Of a stretch of 64,000 nucleotides of DNA, positions 1-10,716 are shown one piece after another. The stretch comes from Chloroflexota bacterium (lineage in GTDB: Bacteria; Chloroflexota; UBA11872; VXOZ01): positions 320,001-384,000 of the forward strand of contig OZ219802.1 in assembly GCA_964291655.2 (NCBI GenBank), given 5' to 3'. The notes beneath the pieces were generated by a model. That model was given only the letters and a program-made list of their open reading frames with translations, searched no databases and was not told the DNA's origin. A program made the position numbers and the translations under genes. Each line of letters opens with the position of its first letter. The first letter of the stretch is position 1.

Positions 1-777
<777 letters not shown>

Positions 778-820
778 TTGTCCCGACGATAGACTGACGT
801 GCTGGCTTCGTATGAAAGGG

Positions 821-849
821 CCGTGGGTTGTGCACCCACGGTTTCTTTT
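821..849 (+). terminator. Intrinsic terminator between gap and pgk
   Basis: CCGTGGGT-tgtgc-ACCCACGG 8-bp stem followed by TTTCTTTT. Confidence 0.75.
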
Positions 850-899
850 ATGTAAATTGTGCACAAAGTACGCCACTTCGCTCCTCAGGAAGAGCATTG

Positions 900-2078
900 A
901 TGAAGAAGACAGTTCGCGACATTGACGCAGCAAACAAGACAGTGTTGGTACGTGTAGACTTCAACGTGCCCTTAGCACAAGGGAGGGTTGCCGACGACTC
1001 ACGGCTGCGAGCAACAGTGCCCACAATAGACCTTCTGCGTGAGCACGGGGCCAAGACAGTCCTCGTTTCCCATCTGGGTCGGCCAAAAGGTGTAACAGTA
1101 GACACACTTCGATTGGCGCCAGTAGCCGCGCGCCTTTCAGAACTGCTAGACATTCCGGTTCACTCTCCTCCCGACTGTGTCGGCCCGGCAGCAGAAGCAG
1201 CCGTAAAGGCATTGCGACCGGGAGACGTGCTGCTGTTAGAGAACGTACGCTTTCACGCGGAGGAAGAAGAAAACGACCCGGGATTTGCACGGCAATTGGC
1301 ATCACTCGCCGATGTATTCGTAAACGACGCCTTCGGCGCCGCCCACCGCGCCCATGCTTCAACGGTTGGGGTGACGGAGTTCTTACCTAGCGTAGCCGGA
1401 CTGCTGATGGATCTGGAGATTTCCACGCTTGCTCAGTTGCTGCAGGCACCGGAAAGGCCCTTCGCTGCACTGATCGGTGGCGCCAAAATCTCGACGAAGA
1501 TTGGCGTGCTCACGCACCTTTTGCAGAGCATCGACGTCCTCATAGCCGGCGGCGGCATTGCAAATACGCTCCTCAAAGCCCAAGGCAAGGCGGTCGGAAA
1601 GAGCCTGGTCGAGGATGCGCAGCTTTCGGTGGCCGAAGAATTCCTCCTAAGTGCACGCGATGCCGGCGTGGAGGTGCTACTCCCTACCGACGCCGTGACC
1701 GGCAACATTAGCGAGTCCGCGGGGGCGACTGACATTGTCGACACAAACTACGTGCCCCCGAACACGATGATTGGCGATCTCGGCCCGGAGACTGTGAAGG
1801 CGATTGAAGCTGTCCTGGCATCAGCGCGGACAGTGCTTTGGAATGGGCCGCTCGGCCTCTTCGAGCAAGAACGCTTCGCCGGCAGCACTTTTGCCATAGC
1901 CCGCGCACTCGCAAAATCTCAGGCGGTGTCCATTGTTGGGGGAGGCGAAACGGTAGCTGCGATTGAGGCGTGCGACGTGGCAGCCAAGATTACTCATGTG
2001 TCCACCGGGGGCGGTGCAACGCTTGAGTTCTTGGAGGGACGAACACTCCCAGGCGTCGCCGCGCTCATCAACGCGTAG
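900..2078 (+). CDS. pgk: Phosphoglycerate kinase
   Basis: RVDFNVP, SHLGRP, LENVRF, NDAFGAAHRAH, STGGGATLE; start moved to ATG 900 (MKKTVRDID) behind an AGGA SD. Confidence 0.98.
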   Translation: MKKTVRDIDAANKTVLVRVDFNVPLAQGRVADDSRLRATVPTIDLLREHGAKTVLVSHLGRPKGVTVDTLRLAPVAARLSELLDIPVHSPPDCVGPAAEAAVKALRPGDVLLLENVRFHAEEEENDPGFARQLASLADVFVNDAFGAAHRAHASTVGVTEFLPSVAGLLMDLEISTLAQLLQAPERPFAALIGGAKISTKIGVLTHLLQSIDVLIAGGGIANTLLKAQGKAVGKSLVEDAQLSVAEEFLLSARDAGVEVLLPTDAVTGNISESAGATDIVDTNYVPPNTMIGDLGPETVKAIEAVLASARTVLWNGPLGLFEQERFAGSTFAIARALAKSQAVSIVGGGETVAAIEACDVAAKITHVSTGGGATLEFLEGRTLPGVAALINA

Positions 2079-2239
2079 ACGTGCGCAATCACCGAAAGTG
2101 CCGGCCTTCCGCTCCATTGACCTGAGTTTGCGACAGGCAAATAGATACGGCGACCTTCAGCTTGCGGCAGGAGGATTGTCGTTTCAGTCGGAAGCGACTC
2201 GGCCATCAGGTGGGCAACAGGCACATACTTGTGGGCAGG

Positions 2240-3205
2240 CTAACGATCAGTGTCCCCCAGAGTACGTTGGCGGTGCAGGATGTCTGCCAACAGCGCGCGC
2301 TCAACGTCGCGACGCTTTGCTTGGGGATCGGTCCCGCTCCAGTCATGGAAGCCGCGCCCTGACTCCAGACCGAGTGCTCCTTGCGCAACAAGCTCTTTCA
2401 TGGCCTGTGGCGCGTCATCGAGCGTGCTGAGCGAAGGGTAGAGAGCTGCGGCAATTGCGACGTTCATCAGCATGCCGCCCAAGTCACGCTGTGCCAGCGG
2501 CCCGACCCGGCCCAGGCGCAGACCAAAGCCGTTGACGACAACCGCGTCGATCTCTTCTGCAGAGGCCACCCCGTTTGCCCAAAGCGCTACTGCTTCGCGG
2601 CTCAGCGCGTGCTGCAGCCGGTTGTGTATAAACCCCGGTATGTCTTTCTGCACCATTACCGGCTGCTTTCCTGCGCGTTGCCACAGGCCGTAGGTTGTCT
2701 GCATCGTTTCGTCACTCGTCTGGTCGCCGCGAACGACTTCCACCAGCGGAAGCACTGTCCCGGGCAAGATGAAGTGGCTGCCAACCACACGCTCCGGGCG
2801 TCCCGTAGCGGCAGCCATCGCTGTGATCGACAGGGAAGACGTGTTGCTGGTCAAAATCGCCTCTGGCGGCGATTCAGCATCCAATGCGGCAAAGATCTCT
2901 TGCTTCAGTGAAAGGTCTTCCGGCACAGACTCGACGACGAATTCTGTGTGCTCCACCGCAGTTGCCCGGTTGGTTGTCCCGCTTACAATGCGGAGCGCCT
3001 CCTCGGCTTGTGATTGTGTCGCCAGCTGGCATTCAATCAGCGAATCTATGCTTGCCCGCATGCGCGCTTGTGCAAGCTCTAATTGGCTTTCACATATGTC
3101 TACGAGCGTTACGGCAACACCTGCCAGTGAGAGGACCACGGCGATGTCGGCGCCCATGAGACCGGCGCCCACAACGGTGGCCTTACGAATTGCGTCAGCT
3201 TGCAC
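2240..3205 (-). CDS. 3-hydroxyacyl-CoA dehydrogenase family protein
   Basis: VVGAGLMG Rossmann motif, ESVPEDL, SNTSS, catalytic His (GSHF) and Glu (LVEVV), PGFIHNRLQ. Confidence 0.9.
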   Translation of the reverse strand: MQADAIRKATVVGAGLMGADIAVVLSLAGVAVTLVDICESQLELAQARMRASIDSLIECQLATQSQAEEALRIVSGTTNRATAVEHTEFVVESVPEDLSLKQEIFAALDAESPPEAILTSNTSSLSITAMAAATGRPERVVGSHFILPGTVLPLVEVVRGDQTSDETMQTTYGLWQRAGKQPVMVQKDIPGFIHNRLQHALSREAVALWANGVASAEEIDAVVVNGFGLRLGRVGPLAQRDLGGMLMNVAIAAALYPSLSTLDDAPQAMKELVAQGALGLESGRGFHDWSGTDPQAKRRDVERALLADILHRQRTLGDTDR

Positions 3206-3219
3206 TCCCCAGTTCTCCT

Positions 3220-5178
3220 CTAGTTATGTCTTGATTGAATTGCTACGAGCGCCTGCAGATTGTCGATCTTGGACAGGTCTCCCAAAGGCTCCCCTTCGTA
3301 GGCTCGCTTGATCAATCCGCGCGGAGTCTTTGCCGCCAAATTCCTCGGCAGGGCGTAAACCACATAGATTTCGTCCGGTCTGCCGGCAATGTCATATGCG
3401 ACGCCCATGTGCTCCCGCAAGTCCTGAACAAAAGCCTCCGGTTCAATCGCACCGAGGGGGCGTTCGAGCACCACAAAGCACACAATGCGCTGACCAAGTT
3501 TGTCGTCGTGCGGACCGATGGCTGCCGCCTCGATCACACGCGGCGAATAAGGGTAAGCAAGCAAAGCCTGTTCGATCTTGCCGGGATCATGGTTGATGCT
3601 GCCGCGGATTATGAGGTCATCGCTGCGACCGAGAATGTACCACATGTCATCGGCATCGACCTCAACCCGGTCGGCGTGGAGCCACAAATCGTTGCCGCGT
3701 GAGAAGTAAGTTTCGAGGTATCGTTCCGGTTCGCCAAGGAAACCGCGCGTCATGGACGGAAACGGCTGCCGGCACGCAAGGTTGCCCGGCCCACCAGAAA
3801 CCGGAAGACCCTCGTCGTCTACGATCGCCAGATCCATGCCCAGCCCTGCTCCGCCCAAGGTCCCGGGCTTTAGCGGCATTATCGGAAGCGGCGACAGCAG
3901 GCAGCCGATCACTTCGGTGCCCCCGGAAATGTTCATAATTGGGCAACGGCCCTCACCGAAGATGCTGAAATACCAAGACCACGCCTGGCTATCTAGAATC
4001 TCACCGGTCGACCCGAGGATACGCAAAGTCGACCTATCATGGATGGTGAAGTCTTCGTTGACGGCGGCAAGATGACGGATTGCGGTCGGCACCAGACCAA
4101 AGATCGTGATGCGATGCCTCTCTATCAATTCAAAGAGTCGGTGGGGCGTCGGGTAGACGTGCGTGCCTTCATAGAGCACTACCGTGCCGCCGAAGAAGAG
4201 CACGCCAATGAGTTCCCATGGCGCCATCATCCAGCCAAAATTCGTAAACCAAAAGAAGCGATCATCACTTTGGCAGTCGAAGGCATAGCCTACCTCTTTA
4301 GTGATCTGAGCCATCGACCCGCCGTGGGTGTGCACGATGGCCTTCGACTTGCCGGTCGTGCCGGAGGTGAAAAGGATGAGGCTTGGATGCTCGGAATCTA
4401 CCGGCACAGTCGCACAGACCGGTTGACGCTTCCCTAAGGCGACAAAGTCCGGCCACCAAAGAACGTCCTCCGCCACCTTGCTGGGCGTTTCGAGTCTTCG
4501 GATCAACACGACGTGTTTGAGCGTAGGCACGTCTTGCGCTACGGCGCGAAGCGTCGGCCGACAGTCGGTCCACTTTCCGGCGCGTGGATATGCATCGACC
4601 ATAAAGAGAAGCTTGGCACGTCCGCGATTGAGAGACTCTGCAACGTCCTGCGGCACCGCCCGCGCGGCGATTTGCACGCAGACTGCACCGACTTTCATGG
4701 CGGCAAACATGACGGCCACAGATTCTGGCGAGACCGGTGCACACAAGCCGATCACGTCGCCCGATTCGATGCCCAAGCTCCGCATGGCAGCCGCCACCTG
4801 GCACACACTCGCGTGAAGTTCTTGGTACGTTAGAGTTCGAGTTTCTCCAGAGTCACTTTCCCAAACGAGCGCCGTCTCCGCTCCGCGTTGGTCCCGGATG
4901 TGCCGATCTATGCAATTGTGGGTGACGTTCAGAGTGCCGCCTGGGAACCACTGAGTCCACGGCATGCCGTTGGAATCGTCGTACACAGCTTCATAGGGTG
5001 TTGTCCACTCGACGCCAAGGTGTCTCAAGGCTGCGTCCCAGAACCAGGCAATGTCCCCCTGCGAGCGTTTAATGAGCTCCTGCCACGTCGGGATGCCATG
5101 ACAGTCCATAAACTCTCGTACTCGGGAGCGTGCGAGATAGTCACCATACGGTTCCCAGGCAAAGCCTCGATCCGACAT
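3220..5178 (-). CDS. AMP-forming acyl-CoA synthetase (acetate/acetoacetate-CoA ligase family)
   Basis: FTSGTTGKSK AMP-binding loop, WFPGGTLN, ISGGTE, GRSDD; start moved to ATG 5178 (MSDRGFAW). Confidence 0.9.
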   Translation of the reverse strand: MSDRGFAWEPYGDYLARSRVREFMDCHGIPTWQELIKRSQGDIAWFWDAALRHLGVEWTTPYEAVYDDSNGMPWTQWFPGGTLNVTHNCIDRHIRDQRGAETALVWESDSGETRTLTYQELHASVCQVAAAMRSLGIESGDVIGLCAPVSPESVAVMFAAMKVGAVCVQIAARAVPQDVAESLNRGRAKLLFMVDAYPRAGKWTDCRPTLRAVAQDVPTLKHVVLIRRLETPSKVAEDVLWWPDFVALGKRQPVCATVPVDSEHPSLILFTSGTTGKSKAIVHTHGGSMAQITKEVGYAFDCQSDDRFFWFTNFGWMMAPWELIGVLFFGGTVVLYEGTHVYPTPHRLFELIERHRITIFGLVPTAIRHLAAVNEDFTIHDRSTLRILGSTGEILDSQAWSWYFSIFGEGRCPIMNISGGTEVIGCLLSPLPIMPLKPGTLGGAGLGMDLAIVDDEGLPVSGGPGNLACRQPFPSMTRGFLGEPERYLETYFSRGNDLWLHADRVEVDADDMWYILGRSDDLIIRGSINHDPGKIEQALLAYPYSPRVIEAAAIGPHDDKLGQRIVCFVVLERPLGAIEPEAFVQDLREHMGVAYDIAGRPDEIYVVYALPRNLAAKTPRGLIKRAYEGEPLGDLSKIDNLQALVAIQSRHN

Positions 5179-5412
5179 AGGTCCCTCGACTACGTTGTGG
5201 AAGATGGCAGACTTGCCGCAGTACGTGCGTGACACCCCTGCCGCGCACTGGCATGATAGTATCAGATTCGGGTGTTTCAGTGACGTTGACCGCCTGCCCT
5301 CTACGATCACGAGTGGCATTGACCCAATGCTCATTCCCGCCGCTTGAGCTGTTCGCGGGCTTTCGCAAGTGCTTTCGTCTGAACGTTGCTTACCATCTTT
5401 GGGAAGCGTGAA

Positions 5413-7446
5413 ATGGCATTGCAGTACCGGACAAGTGATCTCGTTCGCTGGCTCCTAGATGGCGAATTTGTGCTCTCCGACAAAGAGAGGGGCACAATTG
5501 CGCGGATATTGTGCGAAGAGCCGGACCCTTACGAATCGCTGCATATTGTTTCCTCTATTGATAGTCTCCGTGATTCTGCCACGGTGACAAATGCATTGCA
5601 GACCATCGGCGGACGCATTCTACAGCTCGCTCCCCAGTTCGCCCTTTATTCGGAGCACGACTCATCCAAGTTGCTCGATTTCTTGCAGAGAGTAAATGGC
5701 GCACTGTTGGCACGTTTACACGAGTGTTCGCAGGCGCAAGAAGTGTCCACGGCGGAAGAACTGCAGGTCCGGGTAGGCCATCTCACCGCAATCCAGCGGG
5801 TCAACAATGTCGTGAATTCCACGCTAGACCTCGAGCAAGTGTTGGACTTGACCGTGCGGGCAGTGACGGACGTGCTCAATCTCGATGACTGCAGCATCTA
5901 TCTGTTTGATGAGAGCTTGAATTCACTTACGTTGCGCGCCACCACAGGCCTTGACCCCCATGCAATCGGACGCGTGCACTTCGATCTTGGGCAAGGTGTT
6001 GCCGGGTGGGCGGCGCAGCACGGCGAGCCGGTGACTTTGGAAAACGCTTGGGAGGACCCGCGATACCTTCATCATCCGGAGCTAGAGGACAAACCTTTTC
6101 GCGGAATGCTCACTGTTCCCATCATTCTCTACACGGTAAACAAGCTCATTGGCGTTCTCAGTTTACTGACTCGCAATACTAGAAGATTTTCGAGCGAGGA
6201 AATTGGGTTCGCTGAGACTGTGTGCGGGCAGGTTGCCATAGCTATTGAGAATGCCCGCCTCTATGAGCAGACTGACGAGAAACTACGGGAGAAAGTGAGC
6301 CAGCTCACAACACTGCAGCGCGTCTCAGCTTCGATTGGTTCAAGTCTCGACCTCAGTCAGGTGCTCGACATGATTGCACGCCACGCCACGGAGCTATCGA
6401 AAGCTGATAAAGCGGCAATCTTTAAATTGGATGAAACGTCCTACGATCTCTTTGTCATCGCGGGATACAACCTAAGCGAACAGTACAAGACTATGCGTGT
6501 CAAGGTGGGAGAAGGCGCGATTGGACGATCCGTTGCCGAGAGTACTCCGATAGGTGTTGAGGATTTGCTCGAAGATCCTCACATGGCCACTGCGTATCCC
6601 CAACTCGCGGCTGAAGGTGTCCGTTCCATGTTTTGCGTACCGCTCATCGCTCGTGATCGGGTACTCGGCGGGATTAGCGTGTTTGCTGTGGAACGGCGTG
6701 AGTTTAGCGAGGAGCAAGTCCAGCTTGTTTCAACCTTTGCCTACGATGCCGCCCTTGCAATTGAAAACGCACGCCTCTATCAGGAAGCACAGAGAGCGCT
6801 AGAAACGCAGGCCGTGCTCATGCGCGAAATGCAGCACCGGGTTAAGAACAATCTCCAAACTGTAGCCTCCCTGCTCTCATTGCAGAAGCGACGGGCAGAG
6901 TCTTCAGAAGCAGCCGGTCTTCTTGCCCTGAGCGCAGGACGAGTACAGAGCATCGCAGCCGTTCACGAACTCTTTTCGGAAGAGGATATTGGCCTGGCAA
7001 CAGTAGGAGAGATTGCCAATCGCATTATGGATATTGTTCTAAGCGACCTCGTGCCACCTAGCTTGAAGATCGCCTTCTCGATAGCTCCCGCGCCCATCAA
7101 ACTCGGCTCCAAGCAAGCGACACTGTTCGCAATTGCTCTCAATGAACTGGTTTCAAATGCCGTTACGCACGGCTTTGCTGACCGAGCCGAGGGCAGCATC
7201 CGAATTTCGGTAACCCAGGATGAGGAAATGATCGCGGTGGACGTTTGGGACAGCGGGAAGGGGATGCCGAAAGGCTTTGCTCTGCAGACGCATGCGGGGC
7301 TCGGCCTAAGTATCGTTGAGCAACTGGTCAGTCACGAGTTGTCCGGCACATTCCAGATTGAAAATGTACCCAGCGGCGGCGTGACCGCGCGGGTTGCCTT
7401 CCCGGCCGAGCGGGACGACTTCTGGACCGTGTGGTGGAAGGACTGA
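5413..7446 (+). CDS. Cytoplasmic sensor histidine kinase, two GAF domains + HisKA_2 + HATPase_c
   Basis: Two GAF repeats ending AIAIENARLY/ALAIENARLY; H-box EMQHRVKNNLQ; N-box NELVSNAVTHG; DSGKG, GLGL; no TM helix. Confidence 0.92.
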   Translation: MALQYRTSDLVRWLLDGEFVLSDKERGTIARILCEEPDPYESLHIVSSIDSLRDSATVTNALQTIGGRILQLAPQFALYSEHDSSKLLDFLQRVNGALLARLHECSQAQEVSTAEELQVRVGHLTAIQRVNNVVNSTLDLEQVLDLTVRAVTDVLNLDDCSIYLFDESLNSLTLRATTGLDPHAIGRVHFDLGQGVAGWAAQHGEPVTLENAWEDPRYLHHPELEDKPFRGMLTVPIILYTVNKLIGVLSLLTRNTRRFSSEEIGFAETVCGQVAIAIENARLYEQTDEKLREKVSQLTTLQRVSASIGSSLDLSQVLDMIARHATELSKADKAAIFKLDETSYDLFVIAGYNLSEQYKTMRVKVGEGAIGRSVAESTPIGVEDLLEDPHMATAYPQLAAEGVRSMFCVPLIARDRVLGGISVFAVERREFSEEQVQLVSTFAYDAALAIENARLYQEAQRALETQAVLMREMQHRVKNNLQTVASLLSLQKRRAESSEAAGLLALSAGRVQSIAAVHELFSEEDIGLATVGEIANRIMDIVLSDLVPPSLKIAFSIAPAPIKLGSKQATLFAIALNELVSNAVTHGFADRAEGSIRISVTQDEEMIAVDVWDSGKGMPKGFALQTHAGLGLSIVEQLVSHELSGTFQIENVPSGGVTARVAFPAERDDFWTVWWKD

Positions 7447-7696
7447 CCGAGGGAATTGGCCTCTTGCGCTCATTTCCAAGCGCGGACCACTAAGAATCAC
7501 TTGCCAAGTGTACCTTCCACGAATTTGACCTCACAGAATCTCCTTTTGCCTGCTGTGTCTACACACTCGTGCCGGCGCTACGGCCCAATGAATTCTTCGA
7601 CTCAAACCAACAGGTCAAGGTGGGGCTTCTCCTCCCGATGAATAGCGGTATGGGCGACATACAAGGAAGTTTGCATGAATATCCCAGGAGGCTGAA

Positions 7697-8575
7697 ATGC
7701 GATTGATGATTTTGGGATCAGGCACACCCGGCTTGAGCGCCACACAGTATGGATCATCATATGTGGCGAGCGTAGGCAATGAAAGCTTCATGTTCGACTG
7801 CGGGCCGGCAACAACCTATAAACTACTCAAGATGGGAATGGCTCCTGCGGAGATCGGCTATCTCTTCTTCACCCACCATCATTACGATCACACTGCGGAC
7901 TACCCGGGATTTCTGCTCTCCCGCTGGGATACGGGTTATGGCAACGTAGCCAATTTGCAGGTGTATGGCCCGAATGACACAGCGCAGTTTACGGCCCGGC
8001 TCATTGACCCCGATACCGGCGCATTTGCACCTGATATCAAGGCAAGAATGAACCATCCGGTGAGCGTACAGGGCTTCCAACAGCGCGGCGGAGTGCTGCC
8101 GCGCACTCCACCCCAGGTAAATGTAAGGAATGTTGGGCCAGGACAGGTGTGCCGGAGCGATGACTGGGAGGTTGTCTGCGCCGCCACCAAGCACGTTCAG
8201 CCCTGGCTCAATTCGCTGGCTTTTCGTCTCAACAGCAACGATGGGTCAATTGTCTTTACGGGCGATGCCGGACCGGGACGGAGCTTGATCGAGCTTGCCA
8301 AAGATGCAGACACCATGGTGGCCATGTGTCATATGGCTCGCTCGCAGGTGCGAGAGGAAGAGCGTGACTCGAATTTGGGGACGATCTCCGCAGGTCGTGT
8401 CGCTCAAGAAGCGCGAGTGAACCGCCTCGTCTTAGTGCATCATACACGTGCCATTGGCGCCGAAACTCTGGGCGAGCCGGCGCCAGGGCAAGCGGAACGC
8501 GTTATTGCGGAAGTCGCCTCCCAGTTCAGCGGCGAAATCATTCTGGGCAGAGAGTTCATGCACGTGCAACTCTAG
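7697..8575 (+). CDS. Metallo-beta-lactamase-fold hydrolase (RNase Z/arylsulfatase-like)
   Basis: ILGSGTP, FDCG, THHHYDH (HxHxDH), FTGDAG, LVLVH; SD AGGAGG. Confidence 0.85.
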   Translation: MRLMILGSGTPGLSATQYGSSYVASVGNESFMFDCGPATTYKLLKMGMAPAEIGYLFFTHHHYDHTADYPGFLLSRWDTGYGNVANLQVYGPNDTAQFTARLIDPDTGAFAPDIKARMNHPVSVQGFQQRGGVLPRTPPQVNVRNVGPGQVCRSDDWEVVCAATKHVQPWLNSLAFRLNSNDGSIVFTGDAGPGRSLIELAKDADTMVAMCHMARSQVREEERDSNLGTISAGRVAQEARVNRLVLVHHTRAIGAETLGEPAPGQAERVIAEVASQFSGEIILGREFMHVQL

Positions 8576-8709
8576 GCAGAGTTGCGTACGGTCCACGAGG
8601 GACTTTCAAGATAGACCGACCGCAACAGCCGCGCACCTTGATCAACCCGGAGCACAAGGATGGAATCTCCAGCCTGCACGATCGTGAGCACCTTTCAGAT
8701 TGTCGCTAA

Positions 8710-9492
8710 CTACCCTTCTGCAGCGTCGTCAATGGCGCGGCGCAAGTCGGTACAAGCGCGATAGAAGATGTTCGTGTCGCAGGAAACGGAGACCATCTTC
8801 ACGCCGCGCTTGGCCCATTTGGCCGCATCCTCCGGCGTGTTTACAAATGTACCGACCACCTTGCCGTGCTGCCGGCAAAGGTTCACAGTTCGCTCGATAA
8901 CGTCGACCACCTGAGGATGACCTGTTTGGCCGGCTACACCGAGAGATTGAGAGAGATCGTATGGTCCAATGAAAATCGAGTCATAGCCCGGCACCGCGGC
9001 AATAGCCTCCAGGTTCTCCACACCGCGCGTACCTTCAACCTGGAGCACAACGGCTTGATTCTCATTGCAAACTTGAAAATAGCCCTCTGCACCCAGCGCG
9101 CCGTACTGACCGCCGCGCAGGAAGATGTGCACGCCACGCTCCCCATCCGGCGCAAATCGAGCGGCAGCAACCGCGGTTCTTGCCTCTTCTGCACTCGATA
9201 CAAAAGGCACCTGCACACCGGACGAACCACAATCGAGCGCTGGGCCAATCAGCCAGGATGCCAGCGTGGGAATACGAACCAGGGAAGCAATGCCAAAGTG
9301 ATCGCACGCGCTCACGAGATGCACGAGGCTCTCGGCATTAATGTGGCCATGCTCCTGATCAAGAATGACAAAATCAAATCCAGCGATGGCAAGGGTCTCC
9401 ACATGCGAAACGGTAGGCGCATCTACGAAGACTCCATAGAGTGTTTCATTTTGCGCGATTCTACCCCGCAGTCCGATTTGCGCAACGGTCAC
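8710..9492 (-). CDS. HpcH/HpaI aldolase family protein
   Basis: GFDFVILDQEHG, LVRIP, QVE, FIGPYDLS. Confidence 0.92.
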   Translation of the reverse strand: MTVAQIGLRGRIAQNETLYGVFVDAPTVSHVETLAIAGFDFVILDQEHGHINAESLVHLVSACDHFGIASLVRIPTLASWLIGPALDCGSSGVQVPFVSSAEEARTAVAAARFAPDGERGVHIFLRGGQYGALGAEGYFQVCNENQAVVLQVEGTRGVENLEAIAAVPGYDSIFIGPYDLSQSLGVAGQTGHPQVVDVIERTVNLCRQHGKVVGTFVNTPEDAAKWAKRGVKMVSVSCDTNIFYRACTDLRRAIDDAAEG

Positions 9493-9709
9493 TGCCCTAC
9501 TCCTTTGGCTTGTCTCAGGTTTTATTCAGCATAGTAGCTAAAATGAAGCTAGGCAAGCGAGATGTATTATCTCGGGGTTCCGTGCCTTCCCGCCGCAGAA
9601 CGGCGCACATTGCACCAGCAATCAGCTTGCGTCATTAGTGCAACGGGAGCAGCGTGTATACTTGAGTCATATTCTCCAGTAGCGGTCCGAGAAGGGTGAG
9701 GTCACCACT

Positions 9710-10654
9710 ATGGAAGGAATCCAAGACTTTGCTGAACGCGTGATCGAGAACGTCGAGAGAGTCATCATTGGTAAGCATGCGGAAGTAGAGCTATCCCTCA
9801 TTGCCCTGCTCTGTGGGGGACATGTCTTGGTTGAAGACGTGCCCGGCGTGGGCAAGACCTCGCTCGCCAAAGCCGTAGCGCGCTCCATTGGATGCAGCTT
9901 CAAGCGACTCCAATTCACTCCCGACATGTTGCCCAGCGACATTACCGGTGTCTTCATCTACAACCAAAAGACAAACGAATTCGAGTTTCGACCGGGGCCG
10001 ATCATGGCGCAGATCGTGCTCGCAGACGAGATTAATCGCGCCACACCAAAGACGCAATCAGCATTGCTCGAAGCCATGGAGGAGCACAACATCACGGTTG
10101 AAGGGCAGACCTTTCCCCTGCCAAATCCCTTCCTCGTGCTGGCAACGCAGAACCCAATCGAATACGAAGGCACCTTCCCCTTGCCTGAAGCGCAGCTCGA
10201 CCGCTTTCTCATGCGCATTGAGCTTGGCTACCCTCGTCGGGCCGATGAGATGACCGTTCTCGAGACTCAACAGCGTGCCCAACCGCTTGATGAAATTAGC
10301 CAAGTCGTGGAAGTGCGCGAATTGGTCGAAATGCAACAGCGCACGCGGGAAGTGTATGTCGATCGCCTCGTGCGCGAGTACATCGTGGAACTCGTGAACG
10401 CGACCCGTCAGCATCCTGATGTGTACTTGGGCGCAAGTCCGCGAGGCAGTTTGGCGCTCGACCACACGGCTCAGGCGCGAGCGACCCTTATGGGACGCGA
10501 TTACGCCACGCCGGACGACGTGAAATACATGGCTGTACCGACTCTCGCTCACCGCTTGATCGTCAGTCCCGGAGCGGGAGTACGGAATACAAGTACTAAC
10601 GACGTTGTCCTGGAACTGCTGGAGTCCGTGCCGGTGCCCGGAGCCAGGGTGTAA
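9710..10654 (+). CDS. moxR: MoxR-family AAA+ ATPase
   Basis: [63 protein letters not shown]. Confidence 0.96.
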   Translation: MEGIQDFAERVIENVERVIIGKHAEVELSLIALLCGGHVLVEDVPGVGKTSLAKAVARSIGCSFKRLQFTPDMLPSDITGVFIYNQKTNEFEFRPGPIMAQIVLADEINRATPKTQSALLEAMEEHNITVEGQTFPLPNPFLVLATQNPIEYEGTFPLPEAQLDRFLMRIELGYPRRADEMTVLETQQRAQPLDEISQVVEVRELVEMQQRTREVYVDRLVREYIVELVNATRQHPDVYLGASPRGSLALDHTAQARATLMGRDYATPDDVKYMAVPTLAHRLIVSPGAGVRNTSTNDVVLELLESVPVPGARV

Positions 10655-10716
10655 CGCCGGTCGATATTCCTCGACTCATAGCCCTACACAGAGTCATCAG
10701 GCCCGAAAGGACAGTA

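Noticed and set aside
857-866. TTGTGCACAA palindrome as a Rex operator
   Set aside because: Does not match the 18-bp TTGTGAA-N4-TTCACAA spacing
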